From contig CAXXLZ010000002.1 in the NCBI GenBank assembly GCA_963675595.2, positions 3,136,001 through 3,200,000 on the forward strand: DNA of 64,000 nucleotides, written 5' to 3'. Below are positions 1 to 11,024 of this stretch, piece by piece. This DNA comes from Thermodesulfobacteriota bacterium. GTDB taxonomy: Bacteria > Desulfobacterota > Desulfarculia > JACQYL01. Each line of letters starts with the position of its first letter. The stretch's first letter is position 1. A model generated the notes under the pieces. It ran no database searches, had not been told where the DNA came from, and saw nothing but the letters and a program-made list of their open reading frames with translations. The translations under genes were made by a program, and so were the position numbers.

Positions 1-5
1 GCCGA

Positions 6-3000
6 GTGCAGGCCACGGCTTCTTCCGGTTTCGCAGGTGGATTCGACGCCATGCGCACAGGCCTCAAGAGTGGAGCATACCCCGCTTACGTCCGCCGAAC
101 TCTGAATCAGGACCGCATCACCGTGGTGGAGGACCCGGTTTCGGAGTGCCCGGACTGTCCTCTATCCGAGCTGTATGCGACACGGGCCGGTTTTGCGCGG
201 CGTTTGGAGCACGGCGGAAAGGTCTTCGGCCTCCTGGCTGTCTCCGTTCCCTCCCGTTACGCACCGGACCGGGAAGAACAGGACCTTTTCGAGGAACTGG
301 CGGGCGATTTGGCGTTCGGCCTGCACAAGATTCAATCGGCCGAGGCGCTCCGTCTGAGTGAAGAGAAGTTTTCCACCGCATTTCAGACTTCCCCTTACAT
401 CATTACCATCACCAGGGCTGAAGACGGCCGGTTTGTCGACGTAAACGACGCATTCACCCGAATCTCCGGCTACACGCGTGAGGAGGCCCTGGCCGACTCG
501 TCCATCGGACTTCGTCTTTGGGTCGACGAGAATGATCGAAATCGTGCGGTGTCCGCTCTTTCCCGAGGGGAAAAGGTGGTGGGGGAGGAATTCCTCTTTC
601 GAATAAAAAATGGTGAAATCATCACGGGATTGTTTTCGGCCCAAGTCGTCCGAATCCATGATGAAGTCTGCATCTTGTCCAGCATCAACGACATCACCGA
701 CCGCAAACGGGTGGAGCAGAGCCTCCTGAACTCTCACCTGAGGCTGGAGACCGCGGTGCGGGCGGGGCATGTGGGCTTGTGGGATTGGGACGTCCGTTCC
801 GATAGAGTCCGCTACTCGCCTGAATGGAAACGGCAGATCGGTTATGAGGAAGACGAGATCGGGGAGGATTTTCAAGAATGGGAAAGCCGGGTTCATCCCG
901 AGGATCTGGGACCGGCTCTCGACAAGGTGGCCTCGTTTGTGCATTCGGATGCAACCAATTACTGGACCGAGTTTCGTTTTCGGCACAAGGACGGTTCATA
1001 TCGGTGGATTCTGGCCCAGGCCACCGTTCAGCGCGACGAAGCCGGCGGACCCGTCCGAGTGCTCGGCTCCCACGTGGACATCACCGAACGGAAGCGAGAG
1101 GAGCAACTCACCAAGTTGCGTCTGATGCTCATTGAATTCGCCGCGGAGCACACGCTGGATCAACTTCTCACGAAGGCGCTCGACGAAATCGGGGCGTTGG
1201 TGGAGAGTCCCATCGGGTTCTACCATTTCGTGGAAGAGGATCAGGAGACGCTCTGCCTGCAACAATGGTCCACCTCGACCCTCGAACGGTTTTGCAAGGC
1301 CCAAGGACAGGGAATGCACTATCCCGTCCATCAAGCCGGCGTTTGGGTGGAATGTGTGCACACTCGTAAGCCGGTGATACATAACGACTATGCCTCCCTG
1401 CCGAACAAGAAGGGGCTCCCGGCCGGGCACGCGGAAGTGATCCGTGAGTTGTTGGTTCCGGTGATGCGTGAAGACCGGGTAGTGGCCATTCTGGGCGTGG
1501 GGAACAAACCGGGCGATTATTCGCAACGGGACGCGGAGATGGTTTCCTATCTGGCCGACGTCACCTGGGAAATCGTCAAACGGAAGCGGACCGAAGAGGC
1601 GCTGCGTGAAAGTGAAGCGCGGCACCGGATGATCCTGCAGACGGCCATGGACGGATTCTGGATGGCGGATGAGCGGGGCCGTCCCTTAACGGTAAATGAC
1701 GCTTATTGCCGAATGTCCGGGTACAGCCGAGAAGAACTCCTCGCCATGCGGATTTCAGATTTGGAGGTGATTCAAGAGGGCGAAGACCTTGCGGCGCACC
1801 TGCGGAAAGTCGTTGAGCAGGGACAGGATCGCTTCGAAACCCGCCACCGCGGAAAGGACGGCACTGTTTTTGATGTTGAAATCAGCGTCCAGTACCTTCC
1901 CGCCGAAGAAAGCCGCTTTATGGCTTTTATTCGCGACATCACACGACGAAATCTGGCCGAGGCTGAAAAGGAGAGACTGCGAGGCCAGTTGATTCAGGCT
2001 CAGAAAATGGAATCGGTGGGTCGTTTGGCGGGCGGCGTGGCCCACGACTTCAACAACATGCTGGGGGTCATCTTGGGTCATGCGGAGCTCGCCATCGAAC
2101 AGACGAAACCCGGTGAACCACTCTTTTCCGATCTACGGGAGATTCAGAAGGCGGCCCAGCGATCGGCCGATCTTACTCGCCAACTCCTGGCCTTCGCACG
2201 AAAACAGACCATCTCGCCCCAAGTGCTTGATCTGAACCAAGCCGTGGAAGGCATGCTCAAGATGCTCCGTCGTCTGATCGGGGAGGACATCGACCTATCC
2301 TGGCTGCCGGGAGGCCACTTGTGGAAGGTCTACATGGACCCGTCCCAAGTCGACCAGGTGGTGGCCAACCTGTGTGTCAATGCCCGGGACGCCGTCGGAA
2401 AATTCGGCAAGATCACGATCGAAACGGAAAACATGGACGTGGATGAAGGCTACTGCGCTCATCGGCCGGGATTGGCCCCCGGCGAGTATGTGGTGTTGAG
2501 TGTGAGCGACAATGGGTGCGGCATGGATCGAGAGACCCTGTCGCAGCTGTTCGAACCGTTCTTTACCACCAAAAGGCTGGGAAAAGGGACGGGTTTGGGG
2601 CTTGCGACGGTCTACGGCATCGTTAAACAGAATGAAGGTCATATCAATGTCTACAGCGAGCCCGGCAAGGGAACGAGTTTCAGGGTCTATTTCCCCAGGT
2701 ATTCGGCCGAGGGTGGGAGTGCCATTCAAGAGAGAGCGGCCCAGCGGGTCCCGGGTGGTGATGAAACCATCCTGATGGTGGAAGACGAGGAAGCGATGCT
2801 CAAAATGGCCAAAACCATGCTTGAACGGCTTGGATATCGGGTTTTGGCTGCGGGCGCCCCGGATCTCGCTTTGGCATTGGCCGATGAGCATGCCGGCGAA
2901 ATAGACCTGCTCATAACCGATGTGGTCATGCCGGGAATGAACGGAAAGGAATTGGCGCAACGGCTCCTCGAGCTGTACCCGAGGATCGGAACACTCTTTG

Positions 3001-3140
3001 CCTCAGGCTACACGGCCAATGTCATTGCCGATCACGGTGTATTGGATGAAGGCGTGCATTTCATACAGAAGCCGTTTTCCGCCAAGGAATTGGCGAGCAA
3101 GGTGCGGGAAGCCTTATCGACGAAATCAACCGGACGATGA
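6..3140 (+). CDS. Hybrid sensor histidine kinase/response regulator (GAF-PAS-PAS-GAF-PAS-HisKA-HATPase-REC), probably 5'-truncated by the window edge
   Basis: H-box GRLAGGVAHDFNNML, N-box NLCVNARDA, G-boxes DNGCGM and GTGLGL, receiver LMVEDE...DVVMP...KPF; several PAS/PAC repeats; frame is open from the window start. Confidence 0.93.
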   Translation: MQATASSGFAGGFDAMRTGLKSGAYPAYVRRTLNQDRITVVEDPVSECPDCPLSELYATRAGFARRLEHGGKVFGLLAVSVPSRYAPDREEQDLFEELAGDLAFGLHKIQSAEALRLSEEKFSTAFQTSPYIITITRAEDGRFVDVNDAFTRISGYTREEALADSSIGLRLWVDENDRNRAVSALSRGEKVVGEEFLFRIKNGEIITGLFSAQVVRIHDEVCILSSINDITDRKRVEQSLLNSHLRLETAVRAGHVGLWDWDVRSDRVRYSPEWKRQIGYEEDEIGEDFQEWESRVHPEDLGPALDKVASFVHSDATNYWTEFRFRHKDGSYRWILAQATVQRDEAGGPVRVLGSHVDITERKREEQLTKLRLMLIEFAAEHTLDQLLTKALDEIGALVESPIGFYHFVEEDQETLCLQQWSTSTLERFCKAQGQGMHYPVHQAGVWVECVHTRKPVIHNDYASLPNKKGLPAGHAEVIRELLVPVMREDRVVAILGVGNKPGDYSQRDAEMVSYLADVTWEIVKRKRTEEALRESEARHRMILQTAMDGFWMADERGRPLTVNDAYCRMSGYSREELLAMRISDLEVIQEGEDLAAHLRKVVEQGQDRFETRHRGKDGTVFDVEISVQYLPAEESRFMAFIRDITRRNLAEAEKERLRGQLIQAQKMESVGRLAGGVAHDFNNMLGVILGHAELAIEQTKPGEPLFSDLREIQKAAQRSADLTRQLLAFARKQTISPQVLDLNQAVEGMLKMLRRLIGEDIDLSWLPGGHLWKVYMDPSQVDQVVANLCVNARDAVGKFGKITIETENMDVDEGYCAHRPGLAPGEYVVLSVSDNGCGMDRETLSQLFEPFFTTKRLGKGTGLGLATVYGIVKQNEGHINVYSEPGKGTSFRVYFPRYSAEGGSAIQERAAQRVPGGDETILMVEDEEAMLKMAKTMLERLGYRVLAAGAPDLALALADEHAGEIDLLITDVVMPGMNGKELAQRLLELYPRIGTLFASGYTANVIADHGVLDEGVHFIQKPFSAKELASKVREALSTKSTGR

Positions 3141-3396
3141 CGACAAAGCGAATAGCGGTTTCCTGTTGATACGCCAAAAATGAGGCGGCGAGGAGATATT
3201 CGAGAATGAGGAACGTGCCCAATCCGGAGGCGCACGAGGCGTCCTACAAGGAAACACCATGTAGATGTTATTATTGGAAGCATAAAATAGATTAGTTTGG
3301 ATACTATCAGCGAAAATAATCATCGATTAATAAATATGACAATATTTGATTTAGTTCTGCAAGGTTCATTCCAAATGGACATTCTGCCGGAGTTGA

Positions 3397-6300
3397 ATGA
3401 TGAAATTTAGGCTGCAAGACTTGATCGGCATCGATCATTTTCAGAACCTGCAGGACAGGTTGAACAAAATCTATTCCTTTCCATCATCTATTATCGATAA
3501 TGAAGGCAATATTTTAACAGCCACGGCCTGGCAGGATATTTGCCAAAAGTTTCACAGGAAAAACAAGGAATGTGAGCGAGAATGCATCAAGAGCGACCAG
3601 TATATTCTTGATCATCTTCATGAGGCGAGCCCCGCCGTGAGTTACCGATGTCCACATGGCTTGGTGGATAACGCTTCGCCCATCATTATAGATGGAGTTC
3701 ATTACGGGAATTTCTTCACTGGACAATTCTTTCTTGAAGAACCGGATCTGAGCTTTTTCAGAACTCAAGCCAAGAAGTATGGGTTCCCGGAAGAAGCCTA
3801 TCTTGAGGCTGTTAAAAAGGTGCCCATTTGGACCCGGGAACAATTGAATAACTATCTATTTTTCATCAAAGGGCTGATTTCGGTCATTATTGAAAGTGCT
3901 TTAAAGACACTCAAGGAGAAGGAAAGTCTTAAGCAGATTCAGAAACGGGAGCATCGCTACCGATCAATATTAAAGGCCGCCATGGATGGTTATTGGCGAA
4001 CTGATGTTAATGGTCGAATTTTGGAAGTCAACGAAGCTTACTGCAAAATGAGCGGATATTGCGAAGACGAACTGTTGACTATGAGTATTGCTGATTTTGA
4101 GTATTTTGAGACTCCGAAACTTGTGACCGAGCATATGCAGAAAGTCGTGTCGACAAGTTACGATCGATTTGAATCCAAGCATCGCCGTAAAGATGGAACA
4201 ACATTCGATGTCGAGGTCAGCATTCAATACCGTCCGGAAGAAGACGGACAATGCGTTTGTTTTCTTCGGGACATAACAGATCGAAAGCAAGCCCAGGAGG
4301 CGGTGCGCAAGCAAAGAGATCACGCCCAAAGAATACTGAATACGGTTCAAGCCATCATCGTCGCATTAAATAGAGAAGGCCGTGTAACTTTGATCAATCC
4401 GAAGGGCTGCCGATTGCTCGGTTATAGTGAAGACGAAATCTTGGGCCGACATTGGTTTTCTGAATTTCTCCCACAGCCGGACGGAATGGAGGATGTGTAT
4501 CCTTTCTTTTTGAGACTTGTTGCCGATGAAATTGAAGCGGCGGAGTATTTCGAAAACCCTATTGTCACTCGAAAAGGCGAGTTTCGGCAGATTGCATGGC
4601 ACAATGCATTGATGTATGACGAAAACGGGACGCTTATCGGGGTCCTGAGCGCCGGGGAAGACATCACTGAGCGCAAGCGTGCCGAGAAGAAACAGAAAAA
4701 GCTGGAGGCTCAGCTGTCGGACGCCATGAACATAGCCGATCTTGGACATTGGGACTACAATGTCGAGAACGATTTATTCAAATTTAATGACCAATTCTAC
4801 AGACTATTTCGTACCACGGCCGAACAGGCCGGGGGATATCTTATGTCATCGGCGGAATATGCCAAAAGATTTGTCCACCCGGAAGACAGGGATCTGGTTG
4901 GAGAAGAAATCCGTAAATCCGTGGAGACATCCGATCCCAACTTCAACAGCCGGCTTGAACACAGGATCATTTATACCGATGGCGAAGTCGGTTACATCTC
5001 CGTCAGATATTTCATCGTTAAGGACGACCATGGGAAGACGGTTAAGACCTACGGGGTGAATCAGGACATCACTGAGCGAAAGCGGGCCTTCGATGAAATC
5101 AAGAAAGCAAATGAAAGAATGCAATTAGCGGCTGATGCCGCGCATTTTGGCATCTGGGATTTTGACATCAAAGAAAATCGACTCGAATGGGACGATTGGA
5201 TGTTTCGGCTCTACGGTATGAGCCGTGATGACTTCAGTGGTGCTTACGAAGCTTGGCAGGCGGGCGTTCATCCGGATGATCTGGAACGGAGCTCCAAAGA
5301 GGTGGAACAGGCTTTGCGTGGGGAAAAGGAATTCGACACGGAGTTTCGCATCGTCCGGCCGGACGGCACAATCCGCCATTTGATTGCGCATGCCGTCGTC
5401 TCCAGGGATCTCGACGGAACTCCCCTCCATATGACGGGCGTCAACTATGACATCACCCAGCGCGTGGAAGCGGAAGCGGCTTTGCGGGAGAGCGAGAATC
5501 GTTTCCGCACCATCTTCGACCACGCCGCCGTGGGTGTGGTGCAGGTGGATTCCAGAAGCGGCCGATTCGTCAAATTCAACCAGAAGTTCCGTGACATCAC
5601 GGGCTTTTCGGATGAAGAGCTTTCTGCTTTAAGATTTCAAGACATTACCCATCCCGAAGACGTGGCGTCCGATACGGCGAATCTGACTCGACTGGTGGCG
5701 GGGGATATCCGGACCTACGCACTGGAAAAGCGTTACATCCGAAAGGACCATTCCGTCGTTTGGGTCAGAGTCACCGTATCGCCCACGTGGGCCGCCGGCG
5801 AGGAACCCGGATCTCACATCACGATTGTTGAAGATATCACCGAACGAAAATCCGTGGAGGAGGTGCGAGACCGATTGCAGGCGCAGCTCGTTCAGGCGCA
5901 GAAAATGGAATCGGTGGGTCGTTTGGCCGGGGGGGTGGCCCACGACTTCAACAATATGCTAGGCGTAATCCTGGGCTCCGCGGAAATGGCGTTGGACGAG
6001 ACGAGCCCTGCTGATCCGCAGTATGCCGACCTGAAGGAAATCCACAAGGCGGCTAAACGTTCTTCCGATCTTACAAGACAGCTCCTGGCCTTCGCGCGAA
6101 AGCAGACGATTTCTCCCAAAGTCCTCGACCTGAACGGTACCGTGGAAGGCATGCTCAAGATGCTCAGACGCCTCATCGGCGAGGACATCGTCTTGTCCTG
6201 GTTGCCGGGAAGCCGCTTGTGGAGGATCAAAATGGATCCTTCCCAAGTGGATCAAATACTGGCCAATCTGTGCGTGAATGCGAGGGATGCTGTTTCGGGG

Positions 6301-7053
6301 ACGGGTAGGGTCGTCATCGAAACCAAGAATATTGCCTTGGAGGAGGCCCAATGCCCCGAACGGAACGGCTTCCTGCCCGGCGAATATGTCCTGTTGAGTG
6401 TGAGCGACAACGGCTGCGGCATGGACCGGCAGACCCTGGCCCATTTGTTCGAACCGTTTTTCACCACCAAAGGGATCGGCCAAGGCACGGGCCTGGGATT
6501 GGCTACGATTTACGGTATCGTCAAACAGAACGGAGGATACATCGACGTAGAAAGCGAGCCGGGCAGAGGAACAACATTTTCCATTTACTTTCCGAGAAAC
6601 ATATCTCAGGCGGATACCCCCGCCGATGTAAAAACCGGAAGTCCGGCCGAGCGCGGCCACGAAACCATTCTGCTGGTGGAGGACGAAGCAGCCATGCTGA
6701 ACATGGCGAAAACCATGCTGGAAAGGCTGGGATATCGTGTTTTGCCCTGCAGAACGGCCGTCGAAGCGGAGCGATTGGCGATGGAACACGCCGGCGAAAT
6801 CGATTTGCTCATAACCGATGTGATCATGCCGGATATGAACGGCAAGGAACTCGCCGAACGGCTCACGTCTCGTTACCCGAACATGAGCAGCCTTTTTACA
6901 TCCGGCTACACGGCGGATGTCATCGGTCATCATGGAGTGCTTAAGGAAGGCGTACACTTCATACCGAAGCCGTTCTCGAGAAAGGACTTGGCATGCAAGA
7001 TACGTGACGCTCTTTCGACGCTCCCCTCTTCTTCTCGTCGACAAAACGATTGA
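3397..7053 (+). CDS. Hybrid sensor histidine kinase with N-terminal PocR domain and multiple PAS domains
   Basis: PocR-like N-terminus (WQDICQKFHR...C, YRCPHGLVDNASPIIIDGVHYGNFFTGQF); about five PAS/PAC units; HisKA, HATPase and REC motifs. Confidence 0.93.
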   Translation: MMKFRLQDLIGIDHFQNLQDRLNKIYSFPSSIIDNEGNILTATAWQDICQKFHRKNKECERECIKSDQYILDHLHEASPAVSYRCPHGLVDNASPIIIDGVHYGNFFTGQFFLEEPDLSFFRTQAKKYGFPEEAYLEAVKKVPIWTREQLNNYLFFIKGLISVIIESALKTLKEKESLKQIQKREHRYRSILKAAMDGYWRTDVNGRILEVNEAYCKMSGYCEDELLTMSIADFEYFETPKLVTEHMQKVVSTSYDRFESKHRRKDGTTFDVEVSIQYRPEEDGQCVCFLRDITDRKQAQEAVRKQRDHAQRILNTVQAIIVALNREGRVTLINPKGCRLLGYSEDEILGRHWFSEFLPQPDGMEDVYPFFLRLVADEIEAAEYFENPIVTRKGEFRQIAWHNALMYDENGTLIGVLSAGEDITERKRAEKKQKKLEAQLSDAMNIADLGHWDYNVENDLFKFNDQFYRLFRTTAEQAGGYLMSSAEYAKRFVHPEDRDLVGEEIRKSVETSDPNFNSRLEHRIIYTDGEVGYISVRYFIVKDDHGKTVKTYGVNQDITERKRAFDEIKKANERMQLAADAAHFGIWDFDIKENRLEWDDWMFRLYGMSRDDFSGAYEAWQAGVHPDDLERSSKEVEQALRGEKEFDTEFRIVRPDGTIRHLIAHAVVSRDLDGTPLHMTGVNYDITQRVEAEAALRESENRFRTIFDHAAVGVVQVDSRSGRFVKFNQKFRDITGFSDEELSALRFQDITHPEDVASDTANLTRLVAGDIRTYALEKRYIRKDHSVVWVRVTVSPTWAAGEEPGSHITIVEDITERKSVEEVRDRLQAQLVQAQKMESVGRLAGGVAHDFNNMLGVILGSAEMALDETSPADPQYADLKEIHKAAKRSSDLTRQLLAFARKQTISPKVLDLNGTVEGMLKMLRRLIGEDIVLSWLPGSRLWRIKMDPSQVDQILANLCVNARDAVSGTGRVVIETKNIALEEAQCPERNGFLPGEYVLLSVSDNGCGMDRQTLAHLFEPFFTTKGIGQGTGLGLATIYGIVKQNGGYIDVESEPGRGTTFSIYFPRNISQADTPADVKTGSPAERGHETILLVEDEAAMLNMAKTMLERLGYRVLPCRTAVEAERLAMEHAGEIDLLITDVIMPDMNGKELAERLTSRYPNMSSLFTSGYTADVIGHHGVLKEGVHFIPKPFSRKDLACKIRDALSTLPSSSRRQND

Positions 7054-7160
7054 CGGTTGTCCTTCGATTAGAAAGACCGGAGATGCGATGGGGGGAGATC
7101 AGCCCAAATGCCGACCGTTTCGGCGCTGAAGGCGCACGAAGCGTCCGACAAGGAAAGGAC

Positions 7161-7193
7161 GTGAAAATATTGATTGTTGAAGACGACTTCACC
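7161..7193 (+). pseudogene. Relic of a CheY-like response regulator (first beta strand only)
   Basis: RBS AAGGAAAGGA then GTG; translation MKILIVEDDFT is a typical receiver N-terminus, after which the frame runs into AT-rich sequence with no further receiver motifs. Confidence 0.5.
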
Positions 7194-7500
7194 ATTGTCG
7201 ATACGATTGATAGGAATGCAACCTCCTGGACATTATGCCTGCCGACAAGATACTTCTTTTTCTGGGCTGTCTTCTTGTACAAATTCTATTTGATCATCAG
7301 ATCATCCCCGATAGATTCAAAGTCTAAAATAAAAGAAAACGATATGACATACAAACCAGAATCTTCGTGTGTCGCTATCGATGACTTTAGGTTATATATG
7401 GTTAACAAATAGACTGAATAAATGGTGAATATCTATAGACTGAGATTACTAAACATTGTTTTTAAGTCTTAAATCCTTCCATCGACACTAAAATAGGAAC

Positions 7501-7520
7501 AATCCTTATTGTTAAGGATT
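7501..7520. promoter_or_regulatory. Inverted repeat, candidate transcription-factor operator upstream of the Cache kinase
   Basis: AATCCTTA-TTGT-TAAGGATT, perfect 8-bp arms, about 26 bp before ATG 7547. Confidence 0.4.
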
Positions 7521-7546
7521 TAAATTCTTTCTTGGGAATCAAGTTT

Positions 7547-10500
7547 ATGAAGCCAAAGATTACGGCATCGATAAACCAATTGCTTTTCCTGAGCATGGCC
7601 ATGATCTCGATTATTTCCGTGGTCAGTGTCGGCGCCTTGCTTCTTGTGCGCGATTATATTGATATGCAAAATGAAAGCCGCTTGATTCACGATTCGTACA
7701 TAGAGGAGCAAAAGAAAAAGATTAGATCTGAGGTTGAAAATGCAATTGAACTGATTCAATATCAACACTCGTTGGCTGAAGACCGTCTGAAGGAAAATAT
7801 AAAATCTCGTACCTACGAAGCCGTTTCCATAGCGAAGAACCTATACGAACAGCATTATCAAATTTCCCAACTTGAACATATACGAAAGTTGATTTTTGAT
7901 GCTTTGCGACCGATCCGATTTAATCATGGACGAGGCTACTACTTTGCCACGCGTATGGACGGTGTGGAACTACTGTTTGCCGACCGTCCGGAAATGGAAG
8001 GGAAGAATATCCTTTCGATGCGCGACAGCAACGGTCAATACGTGATCCAAGACATGATCCAAATGGCCCGGACGGAAGGAGAAGGCTACTATCGGTACTT
8101 GTGGACCAAACCCAACCAAACCGGAAAGAGCTTTCCCAAGATTGCCTTTATCAAGTACTTCGATCCGATTCAGGGATTTATCGGGACAGGGGAATATCTG
8201 GACAACATGGAGCAGGACATACAGGGGGAGGTGTTAAAACAGATCGGCAACATTCGCTACGGCGACGACGGCTACATTTTTGTCGTCGGTTTCCGTGGGG
8301 TCACGCTGATGAACGGCGTCCAAACCGAGCTGATAGGCAGGGACATGTGGGAGATGACCGATCCTTACGGCGTCAAGGTCATTCAGGAAGAACGTCGGGC
8401 CGTCGAAAACCCGAACGGGGATTTCATCCATTACCACTGGCGAAAACCCAGCACCGGCGAAATAGCACCCAAGATCTCCTTTGTGAAAGCCTATCGTCCT
8501 TGGGAGTGGATCATCGGCGCCGGTGTTTACGTGGATGAGGTCGAAAAGCAGACCGCCGAACTCGAAAGGAAAAACAGAGACGATGCATTCGGCAAAATGG
8601 TGATGATGGCCCTGATCCTGACCTCCATCTTCCTATTTGTCCTGCTGATTTCAAGTTTCATGTCTCGCAGATTCAGCGACGAATTTGGGCTTCTGGTGGA
8701 TTTTTTCAAGCGCATGGAAGACGAAGGCCGACCGATCAATACCGATGAACTGTCTTTGAAGGAAATGAAGAAGCTAGGGGATTCAGCCAACAGCATGCTT
8801 GCCACTCGCGAAAAGGCGGGAGAGGCGCTCCGGGAAAGTGAGCGGAAATGGCGGAATATCCTTATTGAAACGCCACAGATCGGCGTTTCCCTGAACTCGC
8901 AGGCGGCCGTCGTCTTCTGCAACAAGCGGTTTTTGGAGCTCACGGGGTGGCGGAATGAGGAGGTCTTAGGCCGTAATTGGTTCGACCTCTTTGTTCCCCG
9001 GGAGGTGCGGGCAGAGGTGCGCGGCGTGTTCGATAGTGTAATGCGTTCACGAGACACTCTCGGTCTTTCGAACTACGAGAACGAAATCCTGACGAAATCC
9101 GGGGAGCGCCTGAGTATCGCATGGTCCAATGTACTCACAAAAGACTCGGACGGCACGGTGATCGATGTGACCTGCCTGGGCATCGACTTGACGGAACGCA
9201 AACGAGCGGAGGACGCATTGCGTGAGTCCGAAAGCAAATTCAAAAACTTTTCGGAACAATCCTTGGTCGGAATCTATTTGATTCAGGACGGAGTGTTTCA
9301 ATATGTGAATCCCAGGTTTGCGGAGATTTTTGGCTACAGTGTCGAGGAATGTCGGAACATGTCTTTCCGACAGCTTGTGTATCCGGAAGACCTGGACCAA
9401 GTAGTGGAAAAGGTCGGAAAGCGAATTGCCGGTGAAATCGAGTCCATGCGATATGGGTTCAGGGGCGTAAAGAAGAGCGGCGAGGTCATTCATGTCGAGA
9501 TTTTCGGCTCCTCGATGGAATACAGGGGAAGAACCGCGGCGACGGGAACGATGCTCGATACAACCGCCCGTATGCAGGCGGAGGCCGAAAGGGAGAAGTT
9601 GCAGGCACAGTTGATTCAGGCACAAAAGATGCAATCGATCGGCCGTCTGGCCGGCGGTGTCGCGCATGATTTCAACAACATGCTGGGTGTTATTTTGGGG
9701 CACACCGAACTGGCGATCGAACAGGTGAAACCGGATGAGCCGCTTTTCTCCGATTTGCGTGAAATCCAGTCGGCAGCGCAACGATCCGCCGATCTAACCC
9801 GTAAGCTCCTGGCCTTCGCGCGAAAGCAGACCATCTCTCCCAAGGTCCTCGACCTGAACGAGACCGTGGAAGGCATGCTCAAGATGCTCCGACGCCTCAT
9901 CGGGGAGGACGTCGAGCTGTCATGGCTGCCGGAGGGCCGCTTGTGGACTGTGAATATGGACCCCTCCCAGGTTGATCAGATACTGGCCAACCTGTGCGTC
10001 AATGCCAGGGATGCCGTAGGCAAATTCGGCAAAATCACCATCGGAACGGCGAACACCCGCTTGGACGAAACCAACTGTGCCGACTGTCCGGGGTTGATGC
10101 CGGGTGAATATGTGCAGCTGAGCATAAGCGACAACGGTTGCGGCATGGACCGGAAGGCCCTGTCACAATTGTTTGAGCCCTTCTTCACCACCAAGAAACT
10201 GGGTGAAGGCACCGGACTCGGCCTAGCCACGGTCTACGGTATCGTCCGGCAAAACAACGGCCACATTGACGTCCATAGCGAACCGGGTGAGGGGACGACC
10301 TTCAAGATTTTCCTGCCCAGGTATGTAGATCAGGGTGAGAAAATGGCTCGAAAGGAAGAAAGCCGCTCTGTTCGAGGCGGTCATGAAACCATACTGATCG
10401 TTGAGGACGAGGAAGCAATGCTCAATATGGCCAAAACCATGCTCGAGCGATTGGGGTATCGAGCGCTGGCCGCCGGCACCCCCGGCGAAGCTCTGAAGTT

Positions 10501-10777
10501 GGCAAATGAACATGCAAGTGAGATCGATTTGGTCATAACCGATGTGGTCATGCCGGAAATGAATGGAAAAGAATTGGTGGAACGGCTGTCGTCTCTTTAT
10601 CCGAACATGAGAAGCCTGTTTACATCCGGCTACACGGCGGATGTCATCGGTCACCATGGAGTGCTTAACGAAGGCGTGCACTTCATACAGAAGCCGTTCT
10701 CCAGAAAGGACTTGGCGAGCAAGGTACGGGAAGTCCTTTCGGCGAACCACCCCTCTCCCCGTCGACAAGAAGAATGA
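7547..10777 (+). CDS. Membrane-bound hybrid histidine kinase with two periplasmic Cache domains and two PAS domains
   Basis: N-terminal TM; two Cache-like repeats (GYYFA...Y.WTKP...KIAF; GYIFV...HWRKP...KISF); second TM; PAS; HisKA, HATPase, REC. ATG 7547 preferred to TTG 7532. Confidence 0.92.
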   Translation: MKPKITASINQLLFLSMAMISIISVVSVGALLLVRDYIDMQNESRLIHDSYIEEQKKKIRSEVENAIELIQYQHSLAEDRLKENIKSRTYEAVSIAKNLYEQHYQISQLEHIRKLIFDALRPIRFNHGRGYYFATRMDGVELLFADRPEMEGKNILSMRDSNGQYVIQDMIQMARTEGEGYYRYLWTKPNQTGKSFPKIAFIKYFDPIQGFIGTGEYLDNMEQDIQGEVLKQIGNIRYGDDGYIFVVGFRGVTLMNGVQTELIGRDMWEMTDPYGVKVIQEERRAVENPNGDFIHYHWRKPSTGEIAPKISFVKAYRPWEWIIGAGVYVDEVEKQTAELERKNRDDAFGKMVMMALILTSIFLFVLLISSFMSRRFSDEFGLLVDFFKRMEDEGRPINTDELSLKEMKKLGDSANSMLATREKAGEALRESERKWRNILIETPQIGVSLNSQAAVVFCNKRFLELTGWRNEEVLGRNWFDLFVPREVRAEVRGVFDSVMRSRDTLGLSNYENEILTKSGERLSIAWSNVLTKDSDGTVIDVTCLGIDLTERKRAEDALRESESKFKNFSEQSLVGIYLIQDGVFQYVNPRFAEIFGYSVEECRNMSFRQLVYPEDLDQVVEKVGKRIAGEIESMRYGFRGVKKSGEVIHVEIFGSSMEYRGRTAATGTMLDTTARMQAEAEREKLQAQLIQAQKMQSIGRLAGGVAHDFNNMLGVILGHTELAIEQVKPDEPLFSDLREIQSAAQRSADLTRKLLAFARKQTISPKVLDLNETVEGMLKMLRRLIGEDVELSWLPEGRLWTVNMDPSQVDQILANLCVNARDAVGKFGKITIGTANTRLDETNCADCPGLMPGEYVQLSISDNGCGMDRKALSQLFEPFFTTKKLGEGTGLGLATVYGIVRQNNGHIDVHSEPGEGTTFKIFLPRYVDQGEKMARKEESRSVRGGHETILIVEDEEAMLNMAKTMLERLGYRALAAGTPGEALKLANEHASEIDLVITDVVMPEMNGKELVERLSSLYPNMRSLFTSGYTADVIGHHGVLNEGVHFIQKPFSRKDLASKVREVLSANHPSPRRQEE

Positions 10778-11024
10778 CGGTTGTCTTCCGACGAAAACGC
10801 CCCGAAATTCGATGGGGGCACATCGGCCATAACCCTGAACTTCTCGGTGCCGAAGGCGCACAAACCTCTCTTTCTCGCATAACCATCAAAATTTACTATA
10901 TTAGCCCTTTTGAACTGTCAGAGCTGAGTTTGACCCCCTATCTTAATTTCGCGACCGTAAAAATCCGATGGCCGCTCCGGCTTATTTTTCGCCGTTTTCC
11001 AGAGAGTTACCCCCACTATCCCCC

